Assembly: GCF_006345805.1 (NCBI RefSeq)
Contig: NC_043004.1
Span: 17,298,001 to 17,362,000 of the forward strand
DNA: 64,000 nt
Source of the DNA: Octopus sinensis
Taxonomy: Eukaryota
Direction of reading: 5' to 3'
Below the pieces are notes generated by a model that did not search any database, was not told the DNA's origin, and saw only the letters and a list, made by a program, of their open reading frames with translations. Made by a program: the position numbers and the translations under genes. Positions 1 to 12,844 of this stretch are shown piece by piece (positions within the stretch are counted from its first letter, which is position 1; each line of letters begins with the position of its first letter).

Positions 1-631
1 ATGATCCAGAGACCAAATCCCAGTCAATGCAGTGGAAGCACCGTGACTCACCCCCTCCAAAGAAGGCAAGGGTGCAGCCCTCCGCTGGCAAGGTCATGCT
101 CACAGTCTTCTGGGACCAGGACGGAGTAGTGATGACAGATTTCCTGGCAAAGGGTACCACAATTGCAGGAGCCTATTATGCTTCACTTTTGAGGAAATTA
201 AGAGAAGCTATCAAAATCAAGAGGCGGGGCAAGATCAGCAAAGGCATCCTCTTCCTGCAGGACAACGCTCCGGTCCACAACTCGCTTGTCGCCAGATCAG
301 AAGCACAGGCGTATGGCTATGAACTCCTCCCCATCCCCCTACTTTCCTGACCTTGCACCCTCTGATTTTCACCTCTTCCCAATCATGAAGTTGTTTTTGA
401 AAGGAAAGCGTTTCCCAGATGATGCAGCCTTGATTTCTGAAGTCACGTTGAGGTTGGAGGACCAAGCTGGGTTCTTCTACAAAAACGGTCTCCAGAGCCG
501 CATCAAACGATGGGAGAAATGCGTAACTCTGGGTGGTTCCTATGTAGAAAAAGACTAATAACTGTGCCAAGTTTCGTTGCTCTACTGCTATGGGAAGTGG
601 GTCAGGGGCATTACTTATTGAACGCCCCTCG
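1..631 (+). mobile_element. Mariner (Tc1/mariner, DD34D-type) DNA transposon, 3' part, with right terminal inverted repeat
   Basis: Transposase motifs QWKH..SPPPKK, KVMLTVFWD, LQDNAP, P(Y)FPDLAPSDFHLF, RWEKCV. Ends ...ttattgaacgcccctcg at 631, followed by TA (632-633). The 5' part lies outside the window. Confidence 0.95.
27..558 (+). pseudogene. Mariner transposase C-terminal half, frameshifted near 330-345
   Basis: ORF 27-350 (DNAP motif) and ORF 286-558 (PSD motif, stop at 558) are in different frames. The junction falls in the C-runs of the expected HPPYSPDLAPSD motif. Confidence 0.9.
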
Positions 632-689
632 TATTTTATAAATTTTAACTTCAATATTGATGATATGTTTAAGTGTATCTCTACAGATT

Positions 690-826
690 TTCTATGTGTG
701 GTTGCTTCCCAACCGCATGGTTCCAGGTCTAGTCTCAGTGCAGGATACCTTGGGAAAGTGTATTCAACTATACCCGCTGGTCAACCAAAGCCTTGTGAGC
801 TGATTTGGCAAACGAAAACTGCCGTA
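690..826 (+). mobile_element. tRNA-derived SINE (family S1), decayed 5' part
   Basis: ttgcttcccaaccgcatggttcc...ccttgggaaagtgt...ccttgtgag matches the S1 copies at 22715, 40210 and 48330. Confidence 0.7.
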
Positions 827-1007
827 TGTATGTATGTATGTATGTATGTATGTATGTATGTATGTATGTATGTATGTATGTATGTATGTATGTATGTATG
901 TATGCATGCATGCATGTATGTATGTATGTATGTATGTATGCATGTATGTATATTTACTACGGATTGCTTGGAGCTAATTTTGTTCCTACTCCTCAATCCC
1001 TAGATCT

Positions 1008-1078
<71 letters not shown>
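827..1078. repeat. (TATG)n and (TA)n microsatellites
   Basis: Directly visible. Confidence 0.95.
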
Positions 1079-1081
<3 letters not shown>

Positions 1082-1143
1082 TAAATGAGACAACAAAGCC
1101 AAGGGTGTGTGGAATTTCTAGGACATTTATAAAGAGAAAGGTA

Positions 1144-1191
1144 GTCTTACAGCTGTTTCTGGGATATTAGGGATATCCCTTCACCAGAGAC
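1144..1191 (-). ncRNA. Minimal type I hammerhead ribozyme motif, family A (core CUGGUGA)
   Basis: gucu-CUGGUGA-A-GGGAUAU/AUAUCCC-A-GAA-ACAGCUGU(palindrome)-A-agac. Confidence 0.7.
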
Positions 1192-1761
1192 GGTATGAGA
1201 GAATTAACTAGAGGGAAATAGTAGAATTCAATATAAGGAGTTATTTTGGCAAAGGATGGATATAGGAAGTATAAAGGGAAATAAGAGAATAAAAATAAAG
1301 ATAAAAATATATGTAGGATGTTAGAGTTGCAGTTCCATTATCCAAGGAATGTGCAGTGTAGAATGGTTAGAAATGCTTCTTGTCCATAGTATGTAAATTC
1401 TGATAGGAGTTCATATTTTGTTATTACAAATGGTTAGTATGGAGACATAATTACCATGGGTTATTTATTCAAAAGGATCTTGTGGTGAACAGCACATGGA
1501 ATTTATGTCACCGCACTATCCATTTGTAATAACAAAATATGACCTCCTATCGGAATCTACATACCGTGGACAAAAAGCATTTCTACCCATTCTACAGGGC
1601 ACTTTCCTTGGATAATGGAACTGCAACTGTAACATCCAGCATATAATTTTACTTTTATTTTTATTCTCTTATTTCCCTTTATACTTCCTATATCCATCCT
1701 TTGCCAAAATAACTCCTTATACTGATCTCTACTATTTCCTTCTAGTTAACTCTCCCCTATT

Positions 1762-1809
1762 GTCTCTGGTGAAGGGATATCCCTAATATCCCAGAAACAG
1801 CTGTAAGAC
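1762..1809 (+). ncRNA. Minimal type I hammerhead ribozyme motif, family A (core CUGGUGA)
   Basis: Stem I gtct/agac, CTGGTGA at 1766-1772, stem II gggatat/atatccc, GAA, palindromic stem III ACAGCTGT, predicted cleavage after A1805. Confidence 0.7.
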
Positions 1810-2182
1810 TTCCTTTCTCTTCATAAATATCCTATAAACTTCACACAGTCTTGGCTTTGTTGTCTCATTTTATTTAACATATACATGCTCACACAAGACC
1901 CGCATTAGATTCCTCACTCGTATTATTATCGAACCGAGAGTCTAACTATGGTACCCGCGTAACACTTTCATAGCCTTACCTGCCATCCTGGGTCTTTTGG
2001 ATACTAATACTTCTCATATATATATACATCTGGCCCAAAGGATAGATTCTGTTTATTTGTTTTTTGTATGTCGTTCCTTCTTGTTTGTCCGCCTTTTTTT
2101 GTTATGTTTTGGTCGCATCCCCAGCAAGTTCTCTTGCTGATTGCCAGCAGGGTAGGTGCAATATTATCGATAATGGCATGAA

Positions 2183-2371
2183 ATTGCGCTTGACGCTTTG
2201 GCCGAAAACCGATGAAGAATTTGTGACCTTCTGCGTTTGTTCTCCGTTCGTCTGTGCAATCAGTACATTTAGTATGTCTTTCTGCCTGTTTGCTTATTAC
2301 TATACGTGCTTGACCTTATATATATGCAGAAGGTCACAAATTCTTCATCAGTTATCGGCCAAGGCGTCTGA
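2183..2371. repeat. Short inverted repeat (arms of about 50 bp)
   Basis: gacgctttggccgaaaaccgatgaagaatttgtgaccttctgc mirrored by gcagaaggtcacaaattcttcatcagttatcggccaaggcgtc. Confidence 0.8.
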
Positions 2372-2429
2372 ATATATATATGTCACCTAACAAGTACAGA
2401 CAGGGGGCAGATCTAATGTAGCTATAAGT

Positions 2430-2723
2430 CGTGATTGGGCAGAATCTGGATGACGTCCCGTTCTTCTTGACTAACGAAGCGACTGGTCAAAACAGGAAAC
2501 AGACAAGAGGCAGTTATAATACAGCGATTGGTCAAAATGATGATGACGTCCCGTTCTGCTTGACTAAAGCCACCTAACGAAACGATTGGTCAAAACGTTG
2601 ATGACGTCACGCTACGCTGGACTGACCACCTAACAGGCATTATAAAACCGAGCAATTCACAAGACTCACTAGAACCACCCAGCGAACACCCACCATGGGT
2701 CATCACAATTGCTTAAGGTAAAA
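2430..2723 (+). promoter_or_regulatory. Pol II promoter-like module: three (ATTGG + TGACGTC) units, TATA box, Kozak ATG, splice donor
   Basis: gattgg near 2433, 2526 and 2584; tgacgtc near 2451, 2544 and 2602; TATAAAA at 2641; tcact at 2666; ccaccATGg at 2695; AAG|gtaaaa at 2717/2718. Confidence 0.55.
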
Positions 2724-3077
2724 ATGAATTCCTCGCTCTTTCGGAAACATCAATCTTCTGTATTGACTGCTTTCCACCACTTTGATCTGTTTTTTGTATT
2801 GAATACGTATCGCCACCGTGGGCCACTGCATCGAACACTTTGAACATATAGCATGAATGAACTTACTTCAAACTATATATCAACTATACATGAACTCTAA
2901 GATATCTGACTCCGTTGTGTATTATAAATGAATTTCTTGTGTTTGACGGCATGAGCTGTCTTTTTTTATATATAACTTTTTTTGATAAGGTTCATTTCAG
3001 GAACTGAAACATGTTATAATGTATATATAAAAATTAAAAATTGTATAATATAGCAGCATTTTCGAACTTCATTTTTT

Positions 3078-3113
<36 letters not shown>

Positions 3114-4024
3114 TAAAAATAGGATAAAATCTATATAAGAGTTTATAAAGTAATCAGCGTGAAAATCCTCATAAGGGAAAGTTATTAATTATTCCCTTTA
3201 AATATATTTATTTATATTAATGGCATTACTATACATATTATGCACTTTGTTTCAATATAAAAATTTTATATACAGTGAAAATCTAATACTTTTTACAATT
3301 ATAATTACATTTCAGATTATCCTAAAAAATTATTAATTTTAAAGGAAATAAATATACAGGCAGGTTTCATTTAATTCAAATATTTTAAACAAAAGAATAT
3401 TTATTAGTTTTATTGCATTGCCTGGAAAAAAGTGGATTACAATGAAAAATTCGGGTGCATGCATGTTGATATTCTTAAGTTATTACACCTGGAAAAGTAC
3501 AGAACAAGATTCATTTATACAGTAGAATTTGCCTAATTTGTCACCTCTAAAGGACACTGAAAAGTACTTATAATTTAAATTCTACTGTACTTAAAATATT
3601 GCAGCCGAGAATAAATTAAAATACATTATATTAGATAAATTTGAGATGATTTATTTTATTTATTATGTGAATGTAAAAACAAGTAAATCTTTCAAAACAT
3701 GTTACAAAAACAATAAAAAATAAATTTAAACAAAAAGTTTTTAAATCATGTCTTTTCAAATATACATTTAAAATAGTCATTTTTTTTAGTTGTATCACAT
3801 ACAAAACAATAAAATATGAAGTCGTAAATAATATTGCACAAGATTTTTTTCCCTTCCATTTGAAATCCCATTGCAAAAAAAAAAACATTGCAATAGAATG
3901 GTCATTAAATGGCTTCAAATCAACCGCATGTTCAGTCAATTCTTCCACATAATTTTTTTTTAAATCTGACAAATCATAAGTAAAATTTGTTAGTTAACAT
4001 TAATACAGTTATTACTTATTTATG

Positions 4025-4172
4025 CGTCCTTTTCAAGCCTAGCCAGGCTCATGGGCCCGGTTTCCCGGTTTCTATGGCGTATGTGTTCCCCCCCCCCCAG
4101 CTGGACGGAACGCCAGTTCATCGCAGCGTTATTCAAGAAACAAAGAGTGAGAGAAAGTTGGGGCGAAAGAGT
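4025..4172 (-). mobile_element. SINE 3' fragment (same tail as 12845-13140 and 45133-45380)
   Basis: gcgtccttttcaagcctagccaggctcatgggcccggtttcccggtttc is nearly identical to 45133 onward. Confidence 0.75.
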
Positions 4173-4193
4173 GATGTGAAGTGAAGTGAAAGG

Positions 4194-4276
4194 GCCGGCT
4201 GGTGGCGGTGAGCAGTCATCTCTACGGCGCCCAGAGCAAGCTCTGATCGCCGTAGTGCTGACTGCCGGCTGGTGGC
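4194..4276. other. GC-rich 54-nt hairpin flanked by 13-bp direct repeats
   Basis: gcagtca/tgactgc, ctacggcg/cgccgtag and cagag/ctctg pairings; gccggctggtggc at 4194-4206 and 4264-4276. Confidence 0.8.
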
Positions 4277-5094
4277 ACTGAGCTGTCATACTGTACATAT
4301 TACATCTACATCTATATATACATGTATACATATGCGGCTATACATTTACATCCCTATACATACAATAGAGATATGCTTTTATTTCACTTTGAACACATAA
4401 TACTGAAATAGTGGAGAAGATATGATATTGCTGTGGGCCCGCCCTAGGCAAGAAGTTAAGCATTTTTTTGGCCATGAAACTACATGGACCCTCAGTAAGG
4501 CATGTAAGTGGATGTCAAAGCAAACTGTTACACTGTTGTACCATTAAATTACAAATAATGCTCATCTTCTATACTCGGATGACCCCACAGCTTCCAAGAG
4601 TACAACTATTCGTCTTTGCTTAGATAAAATGACAAAATTGTGGGTGTTAAGTCCCCATGAAGGGGTCTTTGCAACTGATTCAGTTGCAAAGTGTTGAGTA
4701 AAGTTATTTGATTGCAGACCTCCTTTCAGTCTTTTTATTATCACTGGGTCACACATAGTCCCCAGATGGTAACATTGATTTCAAGGCCTTCCCAAATGAG
4801 TGACTGGTTATTCAAAGACATTTATAGATTGTAAATTTCTTCTGTCCAGTTACGTATCAGTATAGTGGTCATTTGCAAACTCCAGAGGTGACACTTTAAT
4901 TTCTCCTTAGCCCTCACATCACACAGTTGTTAATGTTATTTCAGTTGGGTCACGCCCTTCCAATTGCTATAGATTCGTAATGCATCTTACGGCTGTGTCT
5001 GTCACCTGGATGGTGAGGAATCCTACATTGGGAGTGGTAACGACTAGGGTAGGGTAACTGACTGCTTATAGTGATCATATATATATATGTGTGT

Positions 5095-5290
5095 GCGCGT
5101 ATGTTTTTGTATCTGTTTGTCCCTGCTTGTTGTATTAACGTTTCCGTGACTTGACGGTTCGGTATAAAGACCGATAGAGATGTTACCAGGCTTAAAAAAA
5201 GTACTGTCGTCGATGCATTCGACCAAAAGTTCATCAAGACAGTGCCCCAGCATGGTCGCAGTCTAATGACTAAATCAAGTAAAAGATGAA
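5095..5290 (+). mobile_element. SINE S1 3' half
   Basis: Tail gtgccccagcatggtcgcagtctaatgactaaatcaagtaaaaga shared with other S1 copies. Confidence 0.75.
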
Positions 5291-5346
5291 AGATAACGAA
5301 AAGCGCTGAAAGTTTCGACGGTTTGTATGCGAATATGTCTATGTAA

Positions 5347-6048
5347 AGACGGCGAGCTGGCAGAAGCGTTTGCACGTCGGGCGAAATGCGTAGCCGTATT
5401 TCGTCTGCCGTTACGTTCTGAGTTCAAATTCCGCCGAGGTCGACTTTGCCTTTCATCCTTTCGGTGTCGATTAAATAAGTATCAGTTACGCACTGGGGGC
5501 GATATCGACTTAATCCGTTTGTCTGTCCTTGTTTGTCCTCCATGTGTTTAGCCCCTTGTGGGTAGTAAAGAAATAGGTGTTTTTTCTGCCGTTACGTTCT
5601 GAGTTCAAATTCCGCGGAGGTCGACTTTGCCTTTCATCCTTTCGGGTTCGATAGATTAAGTACCAGTTACGCCCTGGGGTCGATACAATCGACTTAATCC
5701 GTTTGTCTGTCCTTGTTTGTCCTCTCTGTGTTTATCCCCTTGTGGGTAGTAAAGAAATAGGTATTTTGTCTGCCGTTACGTTCTGAGTTCAAATTCCGCC
5801 GAGATCGACTTTGTGTTTCATCCTTTTGGGGTCGATAAATTAAGTACCAGTTGCGTACTGGAGTCGATATAATCGACTAGCCTCCTCTCTCAAAATTTCA
5901 GGCCATGTGTCTAGAGTAGAAAAGAATATTTAACTTTTCATCCTTTCGGAGTTGATAAATTAAGTACTAGGTGCGTACTGGGGTCGATCTAATTGATTGA
6001 CCCCTTCCCCCTAAAATTTCGGGCCTTGTGCCTAGATTAGAAAAGAAT
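5347..6048 (+). mobile_element. tRNA-derived SINE family S2 with tandemly reiterated internal unit of about 185 bp
   Basis: Head ggcgagctggcagaa...gggcgaaatgc; unit cgtctgccgttacgttctgagttcaaattccgccgaggtcgac repeated three times, plus a partial tail duplication. Confidence 0.9.
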
Positions 6049-6423
6049 ACGTCAATGTAAACAATGCAATTCGAAGATAGAAAAATAAGTAACGAGTGTG
6101 TCTGCAGATCGAAATACCAGCGATTAATTAATTATACTATACTTCAAAGTTATAGTTTAGTGCTCCGCAACCTGTATGATGCTAGATGTGTCGCAGTGTC
6201 ACCTGAATATAATTTTCTTCCCTATAATTTTAGTTATATTTTTAGTTCAGGTGAGCTGCCGAATTTTGAAAAAAATATGCGTACTGCAATTGAAAAATGT
6301 TGCGGTGCACTGTTATAGTTTATTGATAGCAAAATCATGATTGATTCAAATTGCCATCTATGTATCATAATTAATGCATACACTCTGTCTATGGGTCAGT
6401 TATTGCAATATTTATCCTGGAAT

Positions 6424-6770
6424 CTGTGTTAAAAGCAGGTATCGACATATGTCTGTTTTTAACACAATAAAATAATTTTGAGTAATAAATCATAAGACCA
6501 ACTTGCACGCCACAGTTCATGATTTATCACTTATAATTTTCTTCGAATTGTCTCCTGAAAATATCTTTGTGCTGAAAGAGTTCCAAAACTGAGAAAGACT
6601 ATAGAACACGCTGTGTTAAAAGCAGGCATCAACTTATACCTGTTTTTAACATAGTAAAATAATTTTGAGTTATAAATTGACTTGCATGCCGCAGTTCATG
6701 GTATATCACTAATAAATTTCTTCGAACTGTCTTCTAAAGTGTTCCAGAACTAAAATATACTATAGAAGTA
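6424..6770 (+). repeat. Diverged 187-bp tandem duplication, each unit starting with a hairpin
   Basis: ctgtgttaaaagcagg at 6424 and 6611, each followed by ctgtttttaaca; downstream sequence also aligns. Confidence 0.75.
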
Positions 6771-6869
6771 TTTTGAGCAGGCATCATCCTTCGATATCCA
6801 ACGATACGTCAGTGTGGAACAGTAATTAATTAAATCCTTGAGTAGTTTCTTTGATTTGCGAACACCTTA

Positions 6870-7100
6870 AGCGTAGCAGCTAAGGAAGGGGCGAGAGCTG
6901 CATCAGAAACCGCGCCCTAGGCTTCTTGTTATTACAGCTGGCAACACAGGAATAACATGAAAGGAAGCGCCTTGACGAGTTAGGCAGCTGAAACAATTGA
7001 CGAAAGGATGGTACGTAACGGAAGAGACAACAACTAAGTCCGGGAATAGAACCCAAGATTTCACGACTGTGAACCGAACACACTATCCATTTGGCCATGC
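6870..7100 (-). mobile_element. tRNA-derived SINE-like element (family distinct from S1-S4)
   Basis: Minus strand reads gcatggccaaatggatagtgtg...ttgggttctattcccgga, with A-box and B-box spacing. Confidence 0.55.
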
Positions 7101-7140
7101 AAATTCACCCCCCCGCACTCACGCATACATATACACGCGG

Positions 7141-7493
7141 GATACGGCACTTTGGATTAAAACACTTTGGTCTAAACCACTTTAGTGTAAGACACTGATC
7201 TAAAAGAATTTTCGTCTAAAGACACTTCGTCTAAGCATTTTCGTCTAATGACAAAGAGGATTATTAGAGGATAGTTATTTAGATCTTTTATATATATATG
7301 TAGTTTTGAGATTCTATAGACAAAATAATTATTAGACCGAAGTGAGTTTAAACAAAAATGTCTTTATACTAAGGGGCATTTAGACAAAAATGTCTTTATA
7401 CTATAGTGTATTTATACAAATGTCACTTTAGACCAAAGTTCTTTAGACCATAGCGCATTAGACCGAAGTGTTTTCGACGAAAAGTCCTAGATC
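7141..7493. mobile_element. Foldback MITE-like element with about 15-bp subterminal repeats in opposite orientations
   Basis: About 7 left units resembling acactttggtctaaa and about 8 right units resembling ttagaccaaagtgt. Confidence 0.7.
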
Positions 7494-7911
7494 TATACAC
7501 ACATATCCGCATATATATTTTGCCTGTATACACGCATCTGGATTTTTGCTCAACGGTGTTTCTCCTAGTGTATTAGCATATGTGCGCGCGCGTGTACGTG
7601 TGTGAGTGTATGCGTTTATTTGTCTACCTATTTGTACAGGTGTATCTGTCTGCATTCACATACACATGTGTGGAGAATGCTTGCACTAATACGTATATGT
7701 CTTTCTGTATGCATGCATGTAAGTATGTATGTATGTGTGTATATATCTACCTACCTATTTATCTATATATATATTATATGTGTATGTTTGTGTGTGTGTG
7801 CGCGTGTGTGTGTGTGTGTGCATGTACATGAACATGTGTGTATATGTGTACATATTTATTCATGTAGATGTATAGTTTGTATTGATATGTATGCCTTTGT
7901 GTGTATGTGAA

Positions 7912-8030
7912 AGCGCATGGTGTGGTGGATAGGGTGTTGCACTCACGGCTGCTACATCGTGAGTTCGATTCCAGCAACGGTCGGCGCATCATGTTCTTGA
8001 GCAAAATACATCACTTCACATGGCTCTGAG
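7912..8030 (+). mobile_element. SINE S4 head fragment
   Basis: gcgcatggtgtggtggataggg...gagttcgattcc...atgttcttgagcaaaatac. Confidence 0.7.
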
Positions 8031-8259
8031 GATGGAGGAGTAGTAGAATCGTTGACACGTTAACAGAAATGCTTTACAGTATATCTTCCAGCTTTCTACA
8101 TTCTAAATTCAACTCCAACTTGCCTGGAGGAGGCGACAGGAAACTATTCCAGTACACAGCCCAAGAGTATTGGAGAAGGTTCACATGCATAGGATCTGCC
8201 TAAAGGCAGGTTTGTATGTGTACCATATTTGTTTGTGAATGTGTGTTTGTTTCTATCTG

Positions 8260-8600
8260 CTTACCTACCTACCTACCTACCTACCTTAACTACCTACCTA
8301 TCTATCTATCTACCTACCTACCTACCTACCTACCTACCTACCTACCTACCTGTCTGTCTGCCTGTCTGTGTGTCGTGTCTGTGTATGTGTGTCTGTGTGT
8401 CTCTGTCTGTCTGTCTGTCTGTCTGTCTACTTACCTACCTACCTACCTACCTACCTACCTACGTATGTATGTATCTGTCTATATGCATATGAGAATGTAT
8501 ATGTTTGTGTATGAATGCTTGTATGGCCAGATGCGTATATATGCAGACGCACACACACACATATATATATGTATATATATATATACACACACATCAAAAG
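8260..8600. repeat. Compound (CTAC)n/(CTGT)n/(TG)n/(TA)n microsatellites
   Basis: Directly visible. Confidence 0.95.
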
Positions 8601-9094
8601 CAACAACAAAACACACACACGCGAATACATATAACCACATGACGTCTATTCACTCTAAACAGTAGAACATAGAAAAGCTTATTTCATTTGAAAAAACTTA
8701 TGCTAATCTCGGAATTAATGCGACAAATCACAGGGTATGTAGAAAAGACTTTAGCAAACTAATTAACTAACTAATTATTCTGTGCTACTATGAGCTAACC
8801 AATTAATTAATTAATTGTTTAAATGATAATAAAGCAGAAGTAAAATGCAATCAGTGCATATCTGTCTTATTGGCAGATTGACTTTTCCAAAATACAGTCT
8901 GCTTCAGTTCATGATTTCATTTCAAGATACCTGTAAAACAATTACCGTCCCCCATATACGTGTATTCATGTACGTGCATATATGTATGTGTATGTGTGTG
9001 TGCATGTTTTTATGTGATCACGTGACCGAACTGACTACCAGATGTTGTTACACATCACTAGTCACAATGCGTTTTTGCATTGATTTAGCTTTCA

Positions 9095-9270
9095 AATGAT
9101 GCCACCCCACTGGCTAAGCGAGCAGGCCAACATTCCCCCTCTGATCGAAAAGGGGGCCTGGAGTAACTTGAAATGAAGTGTTTTGCTCAAGAACACAACG
9201 CATAGCCCAGTCAGGGAATCGAACCGACGATCTAGGGATCGTGAGTGTAACAGCCTAACCACTAGGTCAC
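9095..9270 (-). mobile_element. SINE S4 copy
   Basis: gaaatgaagtgttttgctcaagaacacaacg...gggaatcgaacc...ctaaccactagg. Confidence 0.75.
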
Positions 9271-9499
9271 ATGTACATATAATCTAAAAGGTGCACCAAA
9301 AAGTGCGACATGTTGCCAAAAGTTTTAGGCAGGGTGAAGATGTTCCATAATGCCGACGAAGTGTGGCCGGTGACGTTTGTTGCGTAAGAGGACCTTGAGG
9401 CTCAAGCAAATAATGGCGGCCGGCTGTTTGAAAGACGTGTACATTATATGAACTACCGATTACGCTTTCTGGGATTGAAGGAAACAAATGAAAGTAGGT

Positions 9500-9536
9500 G
9501 TATGTATGTATGTATGTATGTATGTATGTATGTATG

Positions 9537-9567
<31 letters not shown>

Positions 9568-10349
9568 TGTATGTATGTATGTATGTATGTATGTACGTAT
9601 GTATGTATGTATGTATGTATGTATGTGTCTATGCGTGTATGTGTCTATGTGTGTCTGTGTGTGTATATGTGTGCTTGCGTGTGTGCATATCTGTCATACA
9701 CACACACAAACACACACATACAGGCATATACATACACTATACACATTCACACATATACTCCTGTTCACATTCCTCTCTTTTCTCTCATTCTCTTCTGTTC
9801 GTTGTTGCTTTTATTTATTTGCTTGTTGTTATTCTCTCTTCTTTTTCTTCCTCCTGAAAGCCTCCTACGCGTTCTTTCCTTTGTCTTCTATATATTCCTC
9901 TTTTGCATTTAAAAAAAAAACTCAACCTTCTCTCTTAGTTTGGCTCTTCTTACTCCTCTCGCCTTGTTACTCTTCTTTCCCTCCCATTTTGTCTTTCACC
10001 GACATGTAACCTGTAGACTCCGCCTAGCTTGTCTGCGGTTTTGCATGCAAACCAATTTCAACAGATCACTATGCTTCTAAACAACTTTCCAAATACATAG
10101 AGTTGATTCCTTGAAGATCGGGAACGAGAAGCACCGACACGAATACCTACAGACTATTCTTGCGGTCTCCCAGTGACCTGAAACTTGCAGAGTATGTATG
10201 TATGTATGTATGTATGTATGTATGTATGTATGTATGTATGTATGTATGTATGTATGTATGTGTGTGTGTATGTATGTGTGTGTATGTATGTGTGTGTATG
10301 TATATGTGTGTGTATGCATGTGCGTATGTATGCATGTGTGTATGTATGT
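9500..10349. repeat. (TATG)n/(TG)n microsatellite blocks (9500-9740 and 10190-10349) around a CT-rich stretch
   Basis: Directly visible. Confidence 0.9.
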
Positions 10350-10841
10350 CATTATTCAGTTTATTTCAAGATTTCTTGCTAATAAAGAAAGAATCGGTTT
10401 CTAATCTAGATCCAAGGTTTCTTCACTGGAATTTCAACATCAACAACGGTATTTTTGTATATATGTATGTACGTATGTGCTGATTTCTATGTTTTATGTA
10501 TGTATTCTCATGCATATAGCTACATATCTAGACATGCTAATATATGTTTAAATGATAAACTTCTGGAAAGTTTTACAGATTTTTACAGTTCCAGCGATGG
10601 ATTGGATCTGTAGTCTTCAAATTAGCTTTCTCCTTTCCGGTTTTAAGAAGCTTAATTTCTCAAGATTGGTATTTAGGCAGTGTGTTACATATCCCAGGGC
10701 CCCAATAATTACAAGTATAAACCTGAACTTGCAATCTGGATAGAGTAGCTGTAGAGTCGTCAATAGTTCAGCAAAGGTATTTTCTTTTTCGCTGATCTTC
10801 AGCTTTATGTTAACATCCGCTGGGCAACTAATTTCCATACG
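10350..10841 (-). mobile_element. 3' fragment of a REL-endonuclease non-LTR retrotransposon (R2/R4-like) embedded in (CATA)n
   Basis: [45 protein letters not shown] fits the D/E..K and IGALG part of the REL domain; catacatac on both flanks. Confidence 0.85.
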
Positions 10842-10859
10842 TATGTATGTAAACATGTA

Positions 10860-12045
<1,186 letters not shown>

Positions 12046-12089
12046 TGCAATGCTAAGATGTGCATTGCTAAGATGTGCAATGCTAAGAT

Positions 12090-12685
12090 GAAAGCTTCGA
12101 CCATATTTTTGCCGGAGACAGTCTTCCACATACTATCTTCCCATGAGGTCTGATGCTGTAGTCAGAACGGTATGGAATTGAAGAAAATAAATAAATAAAT
12201 AAATAAACAGCAGCAGATAAAGTTGAATATATCATGGGCGATGGGTCAAATGAATATTGATGAGATTTAAAAATTGAAACGACCATCAAGTTAACACATA
12301 ACCGGTCAGATATTGTTGCAATAGACTTCAAGAAAAAATATGCCCTATTGTAGAGATTTGCTGCCCTCTGGACACCAATGTGGTCAAAAAAATACAGGAG
12401 AAAGAGCACATCCATTGTCCACTGATATGGAGTCTGCAAATCCAGTACCTAAGATACGATTTTAATTTCGCATCTATTATCATTGGCGCAACAATGGCAC
12501 GCACCGACCCGCCTGGAATAAAATATGGCTATCTTTTGTTCTTGGTCAAGAGAATGCAGCTCCTTAATTCATACACTGCAAAGGATCACGACATGCGAGA
12601 CGCTAAAAACCTGCAAGAACTTCATTAATTCTTAAGACGATGAAGAAAAAACAAGAAGCTTTTCTTAATAAACTTGCTACTATAT
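12090..12685 (+). mobile_element. Decayed REL non-LTR retrotransposon 3' fragment, same group as 10350-10841
   Basis: ETVFHILS (zinc-knuckle remnant), HNRSDIV (PD motif), IVEICCPLDTNVVKKIQEKE, IIIGA; flanked by (CATA)n. Confidence 0.7.
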
Positions 12686-12700
12686 ACATACATACATACA

Positions 12701-12786
<86 letters not shown>

Positions 12787-12844
12787 CGTGTATGTGTGTG
12801 TTTGTGTATGTATGTATATATATATATATTGTTTTGTTTGTTCC

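Larger units (their letters stand above)
1083..1870. repeat. Long imperfect inverted repeat (arms of about 370 bp); probably two inverted Penelope-like pseudo-LTRs
   Basis: 1083-1450 is the reverse complement of about 1505-1870 (aaatgagacaacaaagccaag / cttggctttgttgtctcattt). Each arm carries a hammerhead motif. Confidence 0.85.

Noticed and set aside
235-654. 139-aa minus-strand ORF
   Set aside because: Antisense shadow of the mariner transposase.
2183-2371. CTGATGA and GAAA-like words in the short inverted repeat
   Set aside because: Order and spacing do not fit any hammerhead topology.
3631-3972. 113-aa minus ORF in an AT-rich region
   Set aside because: Low complexity in its second half and no recognisable motif; a possible exon in the first half is unsupported.
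5347-6048. Regularly spaced repeats as a CRISPR array
   Set aside because: Eukaryotic context; the units are SINE internal duplications without unique spacers.
10390-10432. CCAGUGA-stem-GAAACCG in the REL LINE 3' UTR
   Set aside because: Only 4 of 7 core matches and a weak stem I; it may be a decayed motif but cannot be supported from one copy.
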